From: Squalus acanthias
Lineage: Eukaryota
Assembly (NCBI GenBank): GCA_030390025.1
Contig: CM059432.1
Coordinates: forward strand, 17,300,032-17,364,000
Direction of reading: 5' to 3'
Length of the DNA: 63,969 bases
The translations under genes were made by a program, and so were the position numbers. Positions 12,374 through 25,514 of the stretch are shown piece by piece. The stretch's first letter is position 1. Each line of letters opens with the position of its first letter. The notes under the pieces are model-generated. The model searched no databases. It saw nothing but the letters and a program-made list of their open reading frames with translations, and had not been told where the DNA came from.

Positions 12374-14559
12374 TGTAAAGAAGGTACCAATGTGGGCAGA
12401 AATCTGTTATAACCCCATGTATGAAAGTTAACCCCTGCAGGATAATGAAGACAGACATGTACTGCATGCAGGAGGTTGTAACAGAAGTTATGTTAGTAGC
12501 TTCTTAAGGCCTGTTTGTGCTGAAGGAAGATTAAGGGAGGTGGTGGAAAAGGCATATCGGAGGTTATGGACAACCCATGGCTGGTAGAGAGATTCTTTAT
12601 AAGTGTTCTCGTGATGTAGGCAGTCTGGCAAGGCTGCATTTCTTTCCCGTATCTAGTTGCTCTGGGAAGGTGATTGTTTATTCTATATGTTATATGGCTT
12701 GCTAGGCTGCTTCAGAGGGCAACCAGGTTTAATTCTCAAAGAATGAAAGGAGGTGCTAGATCAAGTTTCTCAAAGTTAATGGAGATCAAGAAAGAAGACC
12801 AAGTAACTACCTACCTTGCTCCCCTTGTGAGATCATTGAATTTCTTGCAGTACTGCAGTCAGGTCCTCTACACAGTGCTGCAGCCACTTATTGAGTGGGC
12901 CACCTGCTAGCATGCTTTTTGTGCCACAGCCTTTCGCACCTTACAGCCATGGGAAAGAAAGAGGACTTCCCTCCTTTCCTGCACTTCCTGCAATAACATT
13001 TCTATTGTGTTCCATTCAAAGCAGGGTGCCCTGCTTCTTTCTGAAGTACTGCCAGACACAACAACCCATTTCCCAATTCAGGACAATAAATGCTGACGCA
13101 CCAATATCTCCAAATGCAGCTAGAGAAAGGAATAAAACTGCAGAAAAAACAACACTGCGGGAATGGAAAAAAACAACCCTGGAAAAAAAGCCACCCCAGC
13201 ACAGAATCACTTCCCTTTTAAGTTGCTACAGGCCTTCAGGACCTATTGCAACACAGCAACTTCCTCAGGTGACAGGGTGTGTGCTCAATGGAAGCAACAC
13301 AAGTGCCCAGCACATGCCCACTCCATGCAAATGAGCTCGACCCCCCAAAGACTGAGTGAATTGCTGATCCCACTGGCAGAGTGCACTTCTGGTGCGCTGT
13401 GTTGGTCATGTGGTGAGGCACAACCCCCACCCACCTCCCCGGGAAACCAGACCACTACTGTTTATAGATTTGGCTACAGACACTATTTGTTATAAAACTC
13501 ATTAGTTGTTTTACTAAAACTGCAACTAAATTAGAAAAGGAAAGGACATTAATTTTACACTTTATTCTAAGAATTATATACTGAGAATATGCCATATATC
13601 TCCAGGTTTCATTTACTGCAAGACCTCATTTTACAGTGTTAGAGGAGATATCCTTTGTGAGACCTAACAAGAGTAGACAGTCAAAGACAGAATTGGCTTA
13701 AATCCTCAGAGCTTGTTGTGTACTTATGTCACACTAGATTTGGGGGGGGAGGTTTGAACAGTTGAAAAGTTGAACCAAAACCTGTAGGTATGAACGAGTT
13801 TGTTGTGTGAAAGAGTGTTGCAAACAACCTTACCAGGCTATTAGTGAAGGTGAGCACAATGAAACAACTAGTGACAGGTTGATATCATGGCCTCAGACGT
13901 TACAACAGCCCATACGATTTATCAACTTGGCGATATTAATGAAGAAAATCTGCACATTGCAAAACCCCATTTTGCAGCTACTATAAGGGGTGATTTTCCA
14001 CTCCAATACACCTATGATGCATGTGTGCACCAGGCAGAGGGGAGTAGGCAGTGGGGGCGGAAATCCCGATATTGGGGAGGGAGCAGGGGAGTGTGTTTGC
14101 GGTGGCGGGGGGACCCGGAAATGCCGGGAATGTGGAGGTCCTGCCAAATTTAACGGCGGGACCTCGTTATCATTTTGTAACTCCATTTCCACCACCCCGG
14201 CAGCTGGCCGGAAAGCTTGCGGTAGAAGGCCGCATTTGGGGACGGTCCCCGGGAACCGACAAACATAGTGTGTTGGTGTTTGGACCAGCAATCGGGAGGG
14301 AGGGGGGATCCAGGAATCATCACAGGCTTGGAGGGGCAGGGGTTGCGGGGTGTCATCCGATTACGGCAGATGATTTGCTTGAGGAGTCAGGGGTAGCACA
14401 CCTGCTCCTCCTGGCCCAGAAGCAGTGCTATAAGAAGCACTTACTTGCTGGATCTGCTCCTGCCTCACCTTAGCTGCTGGGTTTCCCGATCTTTTTTCCC
14501 TTTCGCCGACATGGACTCAATGGGCCGAATGGCCTCTTTCTGTGCTGTTATGATTCTAT

Positions 14560-15195
14560 GGCCTGAAACTTCGGTTGCTTTGCAAAGCAACTAGCGCCTG
14601 TGCGCGGCACCGCCATCGCCTCCCGCGAAATTCAGCGGGAAGTTAGCAGTGGCGGTAACCGTTAGCGCCCGGTGGCGCTGCGCCGCCGACGATGATGTTA
14701 TCACTGTGCGCAGCGCCCACTGACTTACCGCCAGAAGCTATGTCCGACGGGGTCAGGGGGGCTTACCTGCGGCCGGGGCGGCGCTAATTAAAGGCGAGGT
14801 GCCAGGCGGGCATTTTTGTTGCTGGCCGCCTGCCAGCACCTGCCCCCCGTTGCCGTCCCCGGCCTCCTGACCAGCCCCCTCCGCGGTGTGCCAGCTGCGC
14901 TCCGTCAGCCCGGCACTTCTCTAGAGTGCCGGGTTCATTTGCCGGCACTCCGATCCCTGGTGGCCCAGCTGGGCCCCGGGTTGCGCTGCGCTAGGCCCCT
15001 CCCTTTTAAGAAGGGGAGGAAGGCCTGCAGTACCGCGGCACGACGTGCCGCAGCGCCCGATATTCCCTCGCAGCGCCCCAAGAGGGAGGCAGGGCAATTC
15101 TCGTAGCGCCCCGCTTCCCTCTTGGGGCGCGACCGATGAATTTCGGCCGCAGGGGCGCTAATATTTTTGGGGTGCTGGAAACCTGGCCAGCCAGC
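14560..15195. mobile_element. GC/CpG-rich Harbinger-derived MITE (same family as 43119-43827 and 58919-59535)
   Basis: Collinear similarity (gcgggaagttagcagtggcggta, gatgatgttatc, gccgcctgccagcacctgccc, ggcccctccc) to the other copies. Confidence 0.75.
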
Positions 15196-16187
15196 GTTAA
15201 ATTTAAGTCGCTGCCAAAATATCAGGAACAGAGCCTCATTTACATATTATAATTACGGACCTGCCTCTCAAGAGCAGGTTACTCGGGCGCCCCGAAACCC
15301 ACCGCTGTTCAAACGGAAGCAGGCGCGTTCGTGGCGGGCTGGGGGCAGGTTTCGCACATTTGTCGATTTAAATCCCATCCCACCCCCCGACCCACTCCTG
15401 CCTATCGTTTGAGGGGTGGAGCTGGTGGTTAACAGGACACCAGAAATGTGACGGGAGCAAACTGCCAGGTAGCTTGCAACTGAGAAGCACTGGAGACACA
15501 TGATGCTGGATAGATGTAGAATTGCCTTGAGAGATAGCTCCTTCATCTGTGCCTACTCTAACATGCCCTTGCTGCGAGGTGTTCCACAGCATGTCCTACC
15601 ATCGTGTAAGAGCAGACTGCATGGCTACAATGAATCACCGCATCAGGCACTCTTCAGACGATTCACTAGCATGGTGAATCCAGACAGAATAGCCACATAA
15701 ACATTGGATCCCAAGAACTCTATAACATCAATTATGACATTCCCAGAGATCGCGCAGCTGTGCTTAGGATCTCTGGTAAGCTAGATTCCACTGCAGGAGG
15801 TGCCAATGCCAAGGGCTCCAGGATGGAACACCGTTCTGTGAATTAGTCAAACACCACTGCACATACACAGTTAGTGAACTCCTCCCTATTATCCATCACA
15901 GTCTCGAAGAACTCAGTAAACCGATGGTGATCAGAAAGCAGCATTCTTTTGTATGCAGGTCCAGGATGACACCAACCCTGGAACTTGTCAATGTGGAATG
16001 GGCTCATACTGATAGTATGGCCAACGTTATCCTGCTCCTCTGCTGCCACTTGCACTTACTCCTCACATGCTATAAATTTCACTTAGGCATTCTAACCCAA
16101 ACTCTAAATCCCTGAAGTGGGTTTTCCTAGGCTGATGTTTGCAGCAGGTGAATTGCCACTGTAGGTTGTGAGGTGGAAGCCCCCACA

Positions 16188-16425
16188 TCACAGAATCACA
16201 GAATCCCCACAATGCAGATAGAGGCCATTTCGGCCCATCGAGCCAAATCAACCTAACCCGCACATCTTTGGACTGTGGGAGGAAACCGGAGCACCCGGAG
16301 GAAACCCACGCAGACACGGGGAGAATGTGTAAACTCCACACAGACAGTCACCCGAGGCCGGATTCGAACCCGGGTCCCTGGCGCTGTGAGGCAACAGTGC
16401 TAACCACTATGCCACCGTGTTGCCC
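16188..16425 (-). mobile_element. HE1-type V-SINE (tRNA head, V domain, CR1/HER1-derived tail), internally deleted
   Basis: Minus-strand A/B boxes (gtggcatagtggttagc...gggttcgaatcc), V-domain gtctgcgtgggtttcctccgggtgctccggtttcctcccacagtccaaagatgtgc, tail attctgtgattctgtg. Confidence 0.85.
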
Positions 16426-16594
16426 ACATGCTCAGCCCTGCAAGGTAGTGCTTCTCAAGTCATACCTAGGGCAACACAATAGGAAGAAACGTTTATTGAT
16501 ATCAGCAACACACTCGTGTAATACTTTTCGCTATTCAACAAATGATGTTGTGGTGCCTGCTAAATTATCTTGATAAATGAATAGAGGCAAGACG

Positions 16595-16812
16595 GTGTCA
16601 GCTGTGGCTCAGTGGGTAGCACTCTTGCCTGTGAGTAAGAAGGTTGTGGGTTCATAGTCCCGCTCCAGAATCTTCAGCCCAAAGATCTAGGCTGACACTT
16701 AGTACAGTACTGAGGGAGTGCTGCACTGTCGGAGGTGCTGTCTTTCAGATGAGATGTTAAACCGAGGCCCCATCTGCCCTCTCAGGTGGACGTAAAAGAT
16801 CCCATGACACTC
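16595..16812 (+). mobile_element. Deu-domain SINE (SacSINE1-like), 5' part
   Basis: A box gtggctcagtgg; core gagggagtgctgcactgtcggaggtgc...gagatgttaaaccgaggcccc...gtaaaagatcccatg. Confidence 0.8.
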
Positions 16813-16929
16813 AGAGAGGGCATGAGGACAAATGGGAGAGAAGCTTGAGAAAGACATGGGAGGTTTGGTTTGGAGAGTAAGGGCAAGGGGAGAAGCAGTT
16901 GAATGCATAGTCTCAATTTTAGAGACAAG

Positions 16930-17390
16930 GGCCCAGATATTAACGGGGAAGTGGGAAGGATGTGAGAGAGCCCGTTAGTGGGCCAAGAACTTGGCAAGAT
17001 CGGGGCGTGGAAGCTCTGCTGATCTTAATGGCAGGGTCTCATTTAAATAAATCAGTGCAAACTCCCACCCGATAGCTGGCCAGATTGACTGGCCGTTGGG
17101 CGGGAGCAGTAACTAGCAGGAGCAGGCCACGGCGGGCGATGTGGGAACGGTCCCCAGCAGTTAGTAGGGGGTAGGCTCGGGCCGCGATCGGGGCGTGGGG
17201 GAGAGTTTCAGAGATCGGCGGGGGGTGGGTAGTGGTTGGTGGAGAGTGTTCGAGATCGGAGCTGTGATAGGGAGGGGGGCAGAGATTCAGAGATTGGGGC
17301 CACGATTGCAGGGTGTGGGGGGCGGGGGGGGAGGAAAGAGTTTCAGAGATCGGAGCTGCAATGGTGGGGGGGGGGTGCGGGGTGCGTTTC
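16930..17390. mobile_element. Probable MITE remnant with G-rich internal repeats (tttcagagatcgg units)
   Basis: ggcccagatatt terminus similar to other MITE ends; repeated gagatcgg units with G-tracts. Confidence 0.4.
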
Positions 17391-17394
17391 AGAG

Positions 17395-17492
17395 AACAAC
17401 GGGTAGATGAAGTTAAGGTATAGATCAGCCTTGGTCGAACTGATTGGCAGAACAGGCTCGAGGGGCTGAATGGCCCACTCCTGTTCCTATGA
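17395..17492 (+). mobile_element. CR1 3' UTR fragment
   Basis: gaacaggctcgaggggctgaatggcccactcctgttcctatg. Confidence 0.8.
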
Positions 17493-17692
17493 ATGTGGCA
17501 AAGCTATCAATTATATGTTGCATCTTGAGTATGTGGCCTGCTGAGGTATGGGTATGAGATCCTATGAAAGAGCTGCAAATGTTCTATCAGGGGAGGGCTT
17601 GCCATGGACAAGCACTAAACGTGGAACAAGTTGACAGGCAACACTTTGTGGCGCAATCCTTGGCCTTTGACCTGGTAAGTGGCACTGCTTAC

Positions 17693-17900
17693 CTTGCCAC
17701 ATTCCTTAAAGTGTTCCGTCTTTTCCTGCTTCTGTTCCCAGGTCCTGCAGCTATTGTACAGAGCGCTGAGTCTGGCCTTCATCTCCTGACGGGTACGGTG
17801 CAATACTGCACTTTGGGGAAGATCCCCTGGAGTGTTAAACAGGGCAACACTTCTTGCACCCAATTCATGCAGCAGTGTGCCCACTTTGTTAGCCATCAAA
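17693..17900 (-). pseudogene. Myb/SANT-like (Myb_DNA-bind_5-type) DNA-binding exon relic, probably from a Harbinger partner ORF
   Basis: LLHELGARSVALF...RQEMKARLSALYNSCRTWEQKQEKTEHFK fits the trihelix pattern; ends at a canonical donor AAG|GTAAGC. Confidence 0.5.
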
Positions 17901-18361
17901 CGGGAAGGGGGTTGAATGCTTGCTGCTTATCACATGCCCACAGACTTTATTTTATGCCTCCACAGTAGGTTTCCTTTCAGTTCACTTTTGCCCACATCCC
18001 TGGCTGACAAATATTTAAAATCCATTTTGATCATTAAAAAAGGGTGGAACAATATCTACTCTCATATCCAGCCATTTACCTGTAAGTGGCTCATTTTGTT
18101 TAAATTTGAGCTGAGAGCCAGATTCCCCATGTCTCCAAATAGGTTAGCTTCCAACACAAGGCCAAACCTGCTTGCAGTGCTCATGCTAATTATTCAATTG
18201 AGCTGACCCCTGAAGATTGTGAGCAGTCAGCTCAATGTGCTTTTGACTAGCTTTGTGTTGTGCTACCAGCTAGCCATTCAGGCTCCACTTCACCGAGACT
18301 GAAAAAAACGCATCCCTTATATCTTCTGCAGCAACATGTTAAAATATTTTGCATTGGCTAT

Positions 18362-18782
18362 TAGAACATAAGAACATAAGAAATAGGAGCAGGAGTAGGC
18401 CATTTGTCCCCTCATGGCTGATCTGATCTTGGGCTCAGCTCCATTTCCCTGCCTGCTCCCCATAACCCATCACTCCCTTATTGTTCAAAAATCTGTCTAT
18501 CTTCACCTTAAATATATTCAATGACCCAGCCTCCACAGCTCTCTGGGGCAGAGAATTCCACAGATTTACGACCCTCTGAGAAAAGAAATTCCTCCTCATC
18601 TCAGTTTTAAATGGGCGACCCCTTATTCTGAAACTATGCCCCCTAGTTCTAGATTGCCCCATGAGGGGAAACATCTTCTCTGCATCTACCTTGTCGAGCC
18701 CCCTCAGTATCTTATATGTTTCAATAAAATCACCTCTCATTCTTCTAAACTCCAATGAGTATAGGCACAACCTGCTCAACCT
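18362..18782 (-). mobile_element. CR1 LINE 3' fragment
   Basis: ORF 18435-18779 matches the CR1 C-terminus; agaacataagaacataag tail. Confidence 0.93.
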
Positions 18783-19471
18783 ATTATTTAAAACTTTTTA
18801 ATATTAAACAATAACAGCAGATTTAATTGTGGTACAATGAGGTTAGTGACAAAATGCTTTGCTGATAATCTCACCATGCCCACCACGGTTTTTATGCACA
18901 CTTTACCTTGACATTGATGCCCCTTTTGTTAGGCTGAAGGGATATTTACTAGTCCTAGCCCCTTTAGGGCTACCTCAGATCAGACGTATTTCTCAGACGT
19001 TCACTTTCAACTAAAGTTTGAGGTAGCCGAATCCCAAAGGCGCTTAATTGGGTCTAAAGGTGCGAGCTGTCTCTCCCTAAAGGAAAGGAACAACCCGAGA
19101 ATGTTACCGTCCTCCAGATAGCGCTTTTAATAAGTTTAGCTAGACTGTAACGTCCCGGATATTATAAGGGTCTGGAGATCTCCCCCAGAGTGGCATTGAG
19201 TTTCCTGCCAGGCCAACCTTGGGGAGAAGGTGGTCGGAGCCAGAAGAGGCCCAAAGTCTTTGAAAACATTTTTAATGTCCTTGTGGGGCTAGGAGGAGCG
19301 GGAGTGCTCCGGGTCCCACAAGGAAATCTTAGGCCACCCCTCATTCACTCCGATCGCGAGTCCCCGCCAGTTACCTGGTTTCAGCGGCTGGCCTCCAGGC
19401 GATGCGATCTTCCTGCTGACTTCCCGCCCGGAAACAGTGGGAAGTTGGCTGGCAGGAATTAAATAAGGCCC

Positions 19472-20899
19472 TGTAAAGTTTTGCAATTATCGCGATTCGA
19501 AATAACAAGATAGAAGCAGATTCGTTTGATCAGTTTATTTAAACGAAATGCTGTCATGATATAAAGGACACAGAAGCCTGTAAAATGGCCGCCGAGCATT
19601 GTGGCAGAAGCTTCCAGAATACAGTGGGCAGACAAGATGGCGTTCGAATAAATATTTCAGTATAAGATTGGATAATACTCGGCAAACATTGATAAAGACA
19701 GGATGCAACCTGTTTGCATTTGTGACAATAGTAAAGATATAAGTGCTGGAATCGTTTTCCATGCACAAGTAAGGACCATTGTACTGGGCAATCGAAGGCC
19801 CATCCAGACACAGCAATACACATATCAGTATTCGAGGAGGCCCCAAAACCAGTCAGGGAGACTCCTAGCCGGTTCGACAATGGGGAAAACATTAACGGAT
19901 AGTTGGCCAGTTTCAGGTGCTACCAATACCCATTAAAGGAAAGAATCGCCCCATGCTGGGAGTTTTGTGCACCAGTATTACACAAAGGACAAACATTAAG
20001 ATTTGAGCGGGAGATAAGGGAACATAGCACTATAACTATAGTGACCAAATGTCCATCGGGGGCTTATTCTCTGGATTCGACTCTTATCTCTGCGGACGCT
20101 TGACTCGGGCTGAACTCTTGTTTTTATTCTCTTATCTGGCTGAGGACTGCTGAACTTTTATTCGCTTGCCGCTTCATGGACTCGCTCTGCTGGACGAGCA
20201 GCCTTCTGTTTTTTCTCTGGACTCTGTTGACTATGTTGGGTGGGGCTCAAACGGAACGAGTCGCCTCGACGAAGGCCAGTGACCGGGTGCACCATCCCGA
20301 GAGTCGGTAAACGGTGTTTCGACCCGAAGGCCCGAAGAAGACGAGACGAGATGAGAAGAAGAGGAGAAGAAGTGGTGTACAGAGAACCCTCCAAACACGT
20401 GACAGTCAGGTGCTGCAGCGAAACGAGCCGAGTGCCTTACTTTAAAATCCTCCGAAGTATCACGAGTGGTGAGCATGTTTCCCGATCCTACAAATCTAGA
20501 TTAGTGTAGGTATTGATAGGGGAGGGTGGTTTTATTAAGGATAAGTATAATGTGTTCCCCTTTTTACGATGTGCCGTGCGTTCCTCATTACCCTAGACCA
20601 AGTTTTATGAATGTATGTATACTTGTACTGTCATTAATTTGTGCCTATGACATGTACTTCATGATTTTGGATGTTATGCAATAAAGATTTCCATTTCGGA
20701 CTATTCAACCGGGTCTATTTGAGTTTTCTCTGCATTACTGCTCTCGCACCTAAGTCCAGTGTTAGAACCGTAAGGGCGAGTGGGTCGAACCACTCACAGG
20801 TGCTTATTGCAACAAGGCTGGCCGGAGACCAGAGCAGGCAATAGTATTAGGCAACGAAGGCCTAACCCCGCACAAGCACCTATGACCGAACCCCTTACA
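19472..20899. mobile_element. Solo LTR (1428 bp), inserted into a MITE
   Basis: TGTAA...TTACA termini; 4-bp TSD GCCC (19468-19471 / 20900-20903); AATAAA near 20680; homologous to 61713-63377 in opposite orientation. Confidence 0.85.
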
Positions 20900-21624
20900 G
20901 CCCAGGAGTTAAGACAACCTGGGCCTCATTTCTGGAGGAGCAGGTGAGTTTTTTTTACTCGCAACCACCGAAAACTGGGCCAGAGTTAAAATCAGGCTGA
21001 GGCTTGTGTCCTTGTGGTGAATAATACGGCAGAGAATGTTGAGCAGATTTTTTTTTTCTTTCAGTTGTGAAAAAAATTGACCCAAAGTGGCTCCCCACCC
21101 ACCCGTCCACTAAAACGGAAAAGAAATTCAGTACTCAGAAGTTCACTGAAAAGTCATTAACTGTTCTGGATGAATATGTATGTAAATTATGTCAGAGTAG
21201 TACTGCATTAATGACTCCTTCCATTGTGTCGCTCAGACTTTGATTTAATTTTGCACAGAATTCGGAAATGCAGTTCAGCACTTTTCCACAAAGCCCTCTT
21301 ACAATATCGGCCCTAAATTCATTGGTACATTCTCCAAATGTGCAAAGTGATCTCAGGACAAGTTAAACAGTTTAATTTTTGCTATCCTTTCCTCAGGGAA
21401 CAACAAATAATTTCAGTGGTGACCCGATTATATCATTTTTGTGATCGTGGGCACTAATAATTTCAGCTGTGTTCAGCAGAGCATCCCACCGCTACCCGCA
21501 CCATTCTCGGAGAAATTGCAACTATATTCAGACTGTACCGTCCCTCCTGTTTTACATTTCATTTTATTAATTCTTGCATATCTACTTACCATACTGAGTG
21601 CTAAGTGATTTGAATGAAAAGAAA

Positions 21625-21810
21625 AATTGCAAACGCTGGAGATAAAATGCAAAATGCAGAGCAGGTCACTCACCATCTGAAAGAGAAAGATAAATGAATG
21701 TTTCAGATGAGATCCTTTATCAGATAGATCAAAAGGTTCCCCCTCAGAACCATAACCTGTCTCTCTCTTCCTGTCCGGCTCTGCACTTCCAGCATTTTGT
21801 GTTTTATTAC
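21625..21810. mobile_element. Degraded Penelope terminal-repeat fragments in inverted arrangement
   Basis: First half resembles 30028-30162; second half (ttccagcattttgtgttttta) is its reverse complement. Confidence 0.45.
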
Positions 21811-22664
21811 TGAGTAATCTAAGTGACTTTGTAAGCATTGTGAAAAATAAAGCGCCCTTAATTTCTATCATCTCAAGACTCGTTTTGTACAGCGCTGTCT
21901 TGCCGGACCCTCCACTTTCACCGACAACTGATCCAAAATGCTGGCGTACATCCTCGCTTGCATAATAGCCTGTACCACCATCTTGGTGGTACTTGTCATG
22001 CTCCAGAGGCTCCCCCGGTGCTCCAGCGATTTAAGACTCTTGAATTCAACTTCAACAAATGCCGCTTCGGAAGACTGCTTGTCGACTGTTCCCGCCATGA
22101 TTTGCTGGGTGGGTTTAGGAAATTACGTTTCAGTCACGCGCGGACACCAATTTCGCAAAAGGCTCCTGATTCAGGCGGAGGTTCCTTATGAACACATTTT
22201 AGCGATGCCTATGCTTGTTTCAGGTGACCACCAAGGGCGCCTATCAAGCGCTCGAACCAGCGTGGCGTTGGATGCTCTTCTGGCGGCCAGACATCGCGCT
22301 GCAAAATGCCTATTTGTGACACCCATTTTTGGACTGGAAAACCTGCAAATCGCATACCAATTTCCACCCCAGGAAATCCAAAGAATCTTTGGATTGAGCA
22401 GCTATCTGCATCAGTTTCCTCCAAAGTTGCCAGATGGAACAGACAGGAAGCTTCATGTACCTGACAATAGATACAAAGCTATACCAATATTGATATATCT
22501 CCCTCCTCACTTCATCAAGAATTTAATTTATTTTTTTGCCTTTCCCAGGAGATTACAAGACTGCTGGTGGGTGGGAGCACTGAGGTCATGATGCTTAATT
22601 GCAACATGGGGCAGGATCGATGAACCAGCTGGTGGTCTCCTGGCCGTCATTTTTGTACGTTTGT

Positions 22665-22935
22665 ATATAACACTGACTAGCAACCCAGAGGGCATGAGTT
22701 CAAATCCCACCATGGCAAGTTGTGAAAATGAATTCAATAAATCAGGTAATTTTGGTCTGGCACCAGAAAAAAATGACCATGAAAAGTCATTTCAAATGCC
22801 GTAAAAGCCCAGCTGGTTCGCTAATGTCATTTGGGGAAGGGAACCTGAGCCCCCTACCCAGTCTGGCCAACATCCAACTCCAGTCCTTCATTACGTGGTT
22901 GATTGTTAATACCCTCAGGGCAACTCGGCGCTATT
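22665..22935 (+). mobile_element. tRNA-derived SINE (same family as 31240-31570)
   Basis: B box gagttcaaatccc; body ctggttcgctaatgtc...ggaagggaacctg. Confidence 0.6.
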
Positions 22936-23009
22936 AAAATTACCAAATGCACTCCTAGCTAAAGCACGTGTCCGACATGGATGCTTACCTCACCCTTCTT
23001 GACTGGTAC

Positions 23010-23230
23010 AATACAACAACTTGCATTTATATAGCACCTTTAATGTAGTAAAACATCCCAAGGTGCTTCACAAGACCGTTATCAAACAAAATTTGACACC
23101 GAGCTACTTAAGGAGATATTAGGACAGCTTGGTCAAAGAAGTAGGTTTTAGGGAGCATCTTAAAGGAGGAGAGAGTCGTAGGGAGGCAGAGAGGTTCAGG
23201 GAGGGTATTCCAGAGCTTGGGGCTCGAATG
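23010..23230 (-). mobile_element. L2-type LINE 3' end
   Basis: aacaacttgcatttatatagcacc tail; PKLWNTLPEPL...SSFKMLPKTYFF C-terminal motif. Confidence 0.7.
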
Positions 23231-23561
23231 CACCAGTGAGATACGGCCTCCTTCTGTGCTGTAAATTTCAAGGATTCTATGATTCAAGGCCAACAAGCAA
23301 TGCGAAAAAGAAGCTATGCCACAGAAAAGTTAAACAGTCCAGTTCTATAGTAAAGATACCAAAGGGCTTTATAAGTTCAGAGAAGAAGTTGCCCAGAATT
23401 CAGACAACAGGAAAAGGGAAATGGATGCCACCACAAGCACAACAGCAAGTGGATGTAAAACCCTGCAATATAATAACTGAAGGTATCTGGGAGGACCTGG
23501 AGACATCTGCCGAAAACAGAACCATCATTAGTGGACAGAACCCAGAGTCCAGTTACATGCT

Positions 23562-24275
23562 TCATAGAAACACAGAAATTTACAGTACCGGCTGAAAAAG
23601 AGCTATCCAGCCTCATCCCACTTTCCAGCTCTTGGTCCGTAGCCTTGTAGGTTACGGCACTTCAAGTACATATCCAAGTACTTTTTAAATGTCATGAGCG
23701 TTTCTGCCTCTACCACCCTTTCAGGCAGTGAGTTCCAGACCCCCACCACCCTCTGGGTGAAAACATTTCTCCTCAACTCCCCTCTAATCCTTCTACCAAT
23801 TACTTTAAATCTATACCCCCTGGTTATTGACCTCTCTGCAAGGGGAAATAGGTCCTTCCTATCCACTCTATCTAGGCCCCTCATAATGTTATACACCTCA
23901 ATTAAGTCTCCCATCAGCCTCCTCTGTTCCGCAGAAAACAACCCCAGCCTATCCAATCTTTCCTCATAGCTAAAATTCTTCAGTCCTGGTAACATCCTCA
24001 TAAATCTCCTCTTTACCTTCTCCAGTGCAATCACATCTTTCCTGTAATGTGGGGACTAGAACTGTACACAGAGTATTCTAGCTGTGACCGAACTAATGTT
24101 TTATACAGTTCTAGCATAACCTCCCTGCTCTTATATTCTGTGCCTCGGCTAATAAAGGAAAGTATCCCGTCTGCCTTCTTAACCACCTTATCTAGCTGTC
24201 CTGCTACCTTCAGGGATCTGTGGACATGCACTCCAAGGTCCCTCTGTTACTCTACACTTCTCAGTATCCTACCAT
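23562..24275 (-). mobile_element. CR1 LINE 3' fragment (family shared with 52472-53223)
   Basis: ORFs 23603-24034 and 24031-24231. Confidence 0.92.
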
Positions 24276-24281
24276 AATATA

Positions 24282-25250
24282 TAAGAACATAAGACGTAGG
24301 AGCAGGAGTAGGTCATTTGGCACCTCGAGCCTGCACCGCCATTCAATAAGATCATGGCTGATCTGATCTTGACCTCAACTCCACTTCCCTGCCCGCTCCC
24401 CATAACCCTTGACTCCCTTACCATTCAAAAATCTGTCTATCTCCACCTTAAATATATTCAATGACCCAGCCTCCTCAGCTCTCTGGGGAAGAGAATTCTA
24501 AAGATTCACGACCCTCTGAGAGAAGAAATTCCTCCACATTTCCGTTTTAAATGGGTGCCCCCTTATTCTGAAATTATGCCCCCTAGTTCTAGATTCCCCC
24601 ACAAGGGGAAACATCCTCTCTGCATCTACCCTGTCGAGCCCCTTCAGAATCTTATATGTTTCAATAAGATCCCCTCTCATTCTTCTAAACTCCATTGAGT
24701 ATAGGCCCAACCTGCTCAACCTTTCTTCATAAGACAATCCCTTCATCTCTGGAATCATCCTCATGAACCTTCTCTGAACTGCCTGCAATGCAAGTATATC
24801 CTTCCTTAAATAAGGAGACCAAAACTGTACGCAGTACTCCAGGTGTGGTCTCACCAACGCCCTGTACAGTTGTAACAGGACTTCCCTACTTTTATACTCC
24901 ACTCCCTTTGCAATAAAGGCCAACATTCCATTTGCCTTCCTAATTACTTGCTGTACCTGCTTGCTAACTTTTTGTGATTCATGTACAAGGACACCCAGAT
25001 CCCTCTGTACCTCAGCATTTTGTAATATCTCCCCATTTAAATAATAATTCGCTTTTTTATTTTTCCTACCAAAGTGGATAACCTCGCATTTTCCCACATT
25101 ATACTCCGTCTGCCAGATTTTTGCCCACTCACTTAGCCTATCTATATCCCTTTGGAGATTCTTTGCGTCCTCCACACAATTTGCCTTCCCACCTATCTTT
25201 GTATCGTCAGCAAATTTTAGCTACATTACACTCGGTCCCTTCATCCAATT
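24282..25250 (-). mobile_element. CR1 LINE 3' fragment
   Basis: ORF 24498-25175 is the RT C-terminus; aagaacataag tail. Confidence 0.93.
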
Positions 25251-25514
25251 CATAACACAAGTGGAGCTAGCCATTCAATAAAGATTAAACAGACAAAGTC
25301 ATAACAACAATTCACAATAGAAAGTAAAACTGTGGCCGATAATAAACTAAATGGTGAGCTGGAACTTTGGATGTAAAAGGCTCCCTCCCAGCAACACTAC
25401 ATATAACAAGTCCACCACCCTAGCTACAAGGAATGATACAACTGTGTAAAAAACACATAATAATGATCTTATCTATTGGCGATTTTGTTTGAACTGTTAA
25501 TACTGGAATTGTTA

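Noticed and set aside
15440..16050. Possible very old Harbinger transposase remnant
   Set aside because: Only faint motif resemblance; cannot be supported by eye.
20240..20509. Arg-rich ORF inside the solo LTR (Rev/Tat-like?)
   Set aside because: The frame is not preserved in the second LTR copy because of indels and the extra segment.
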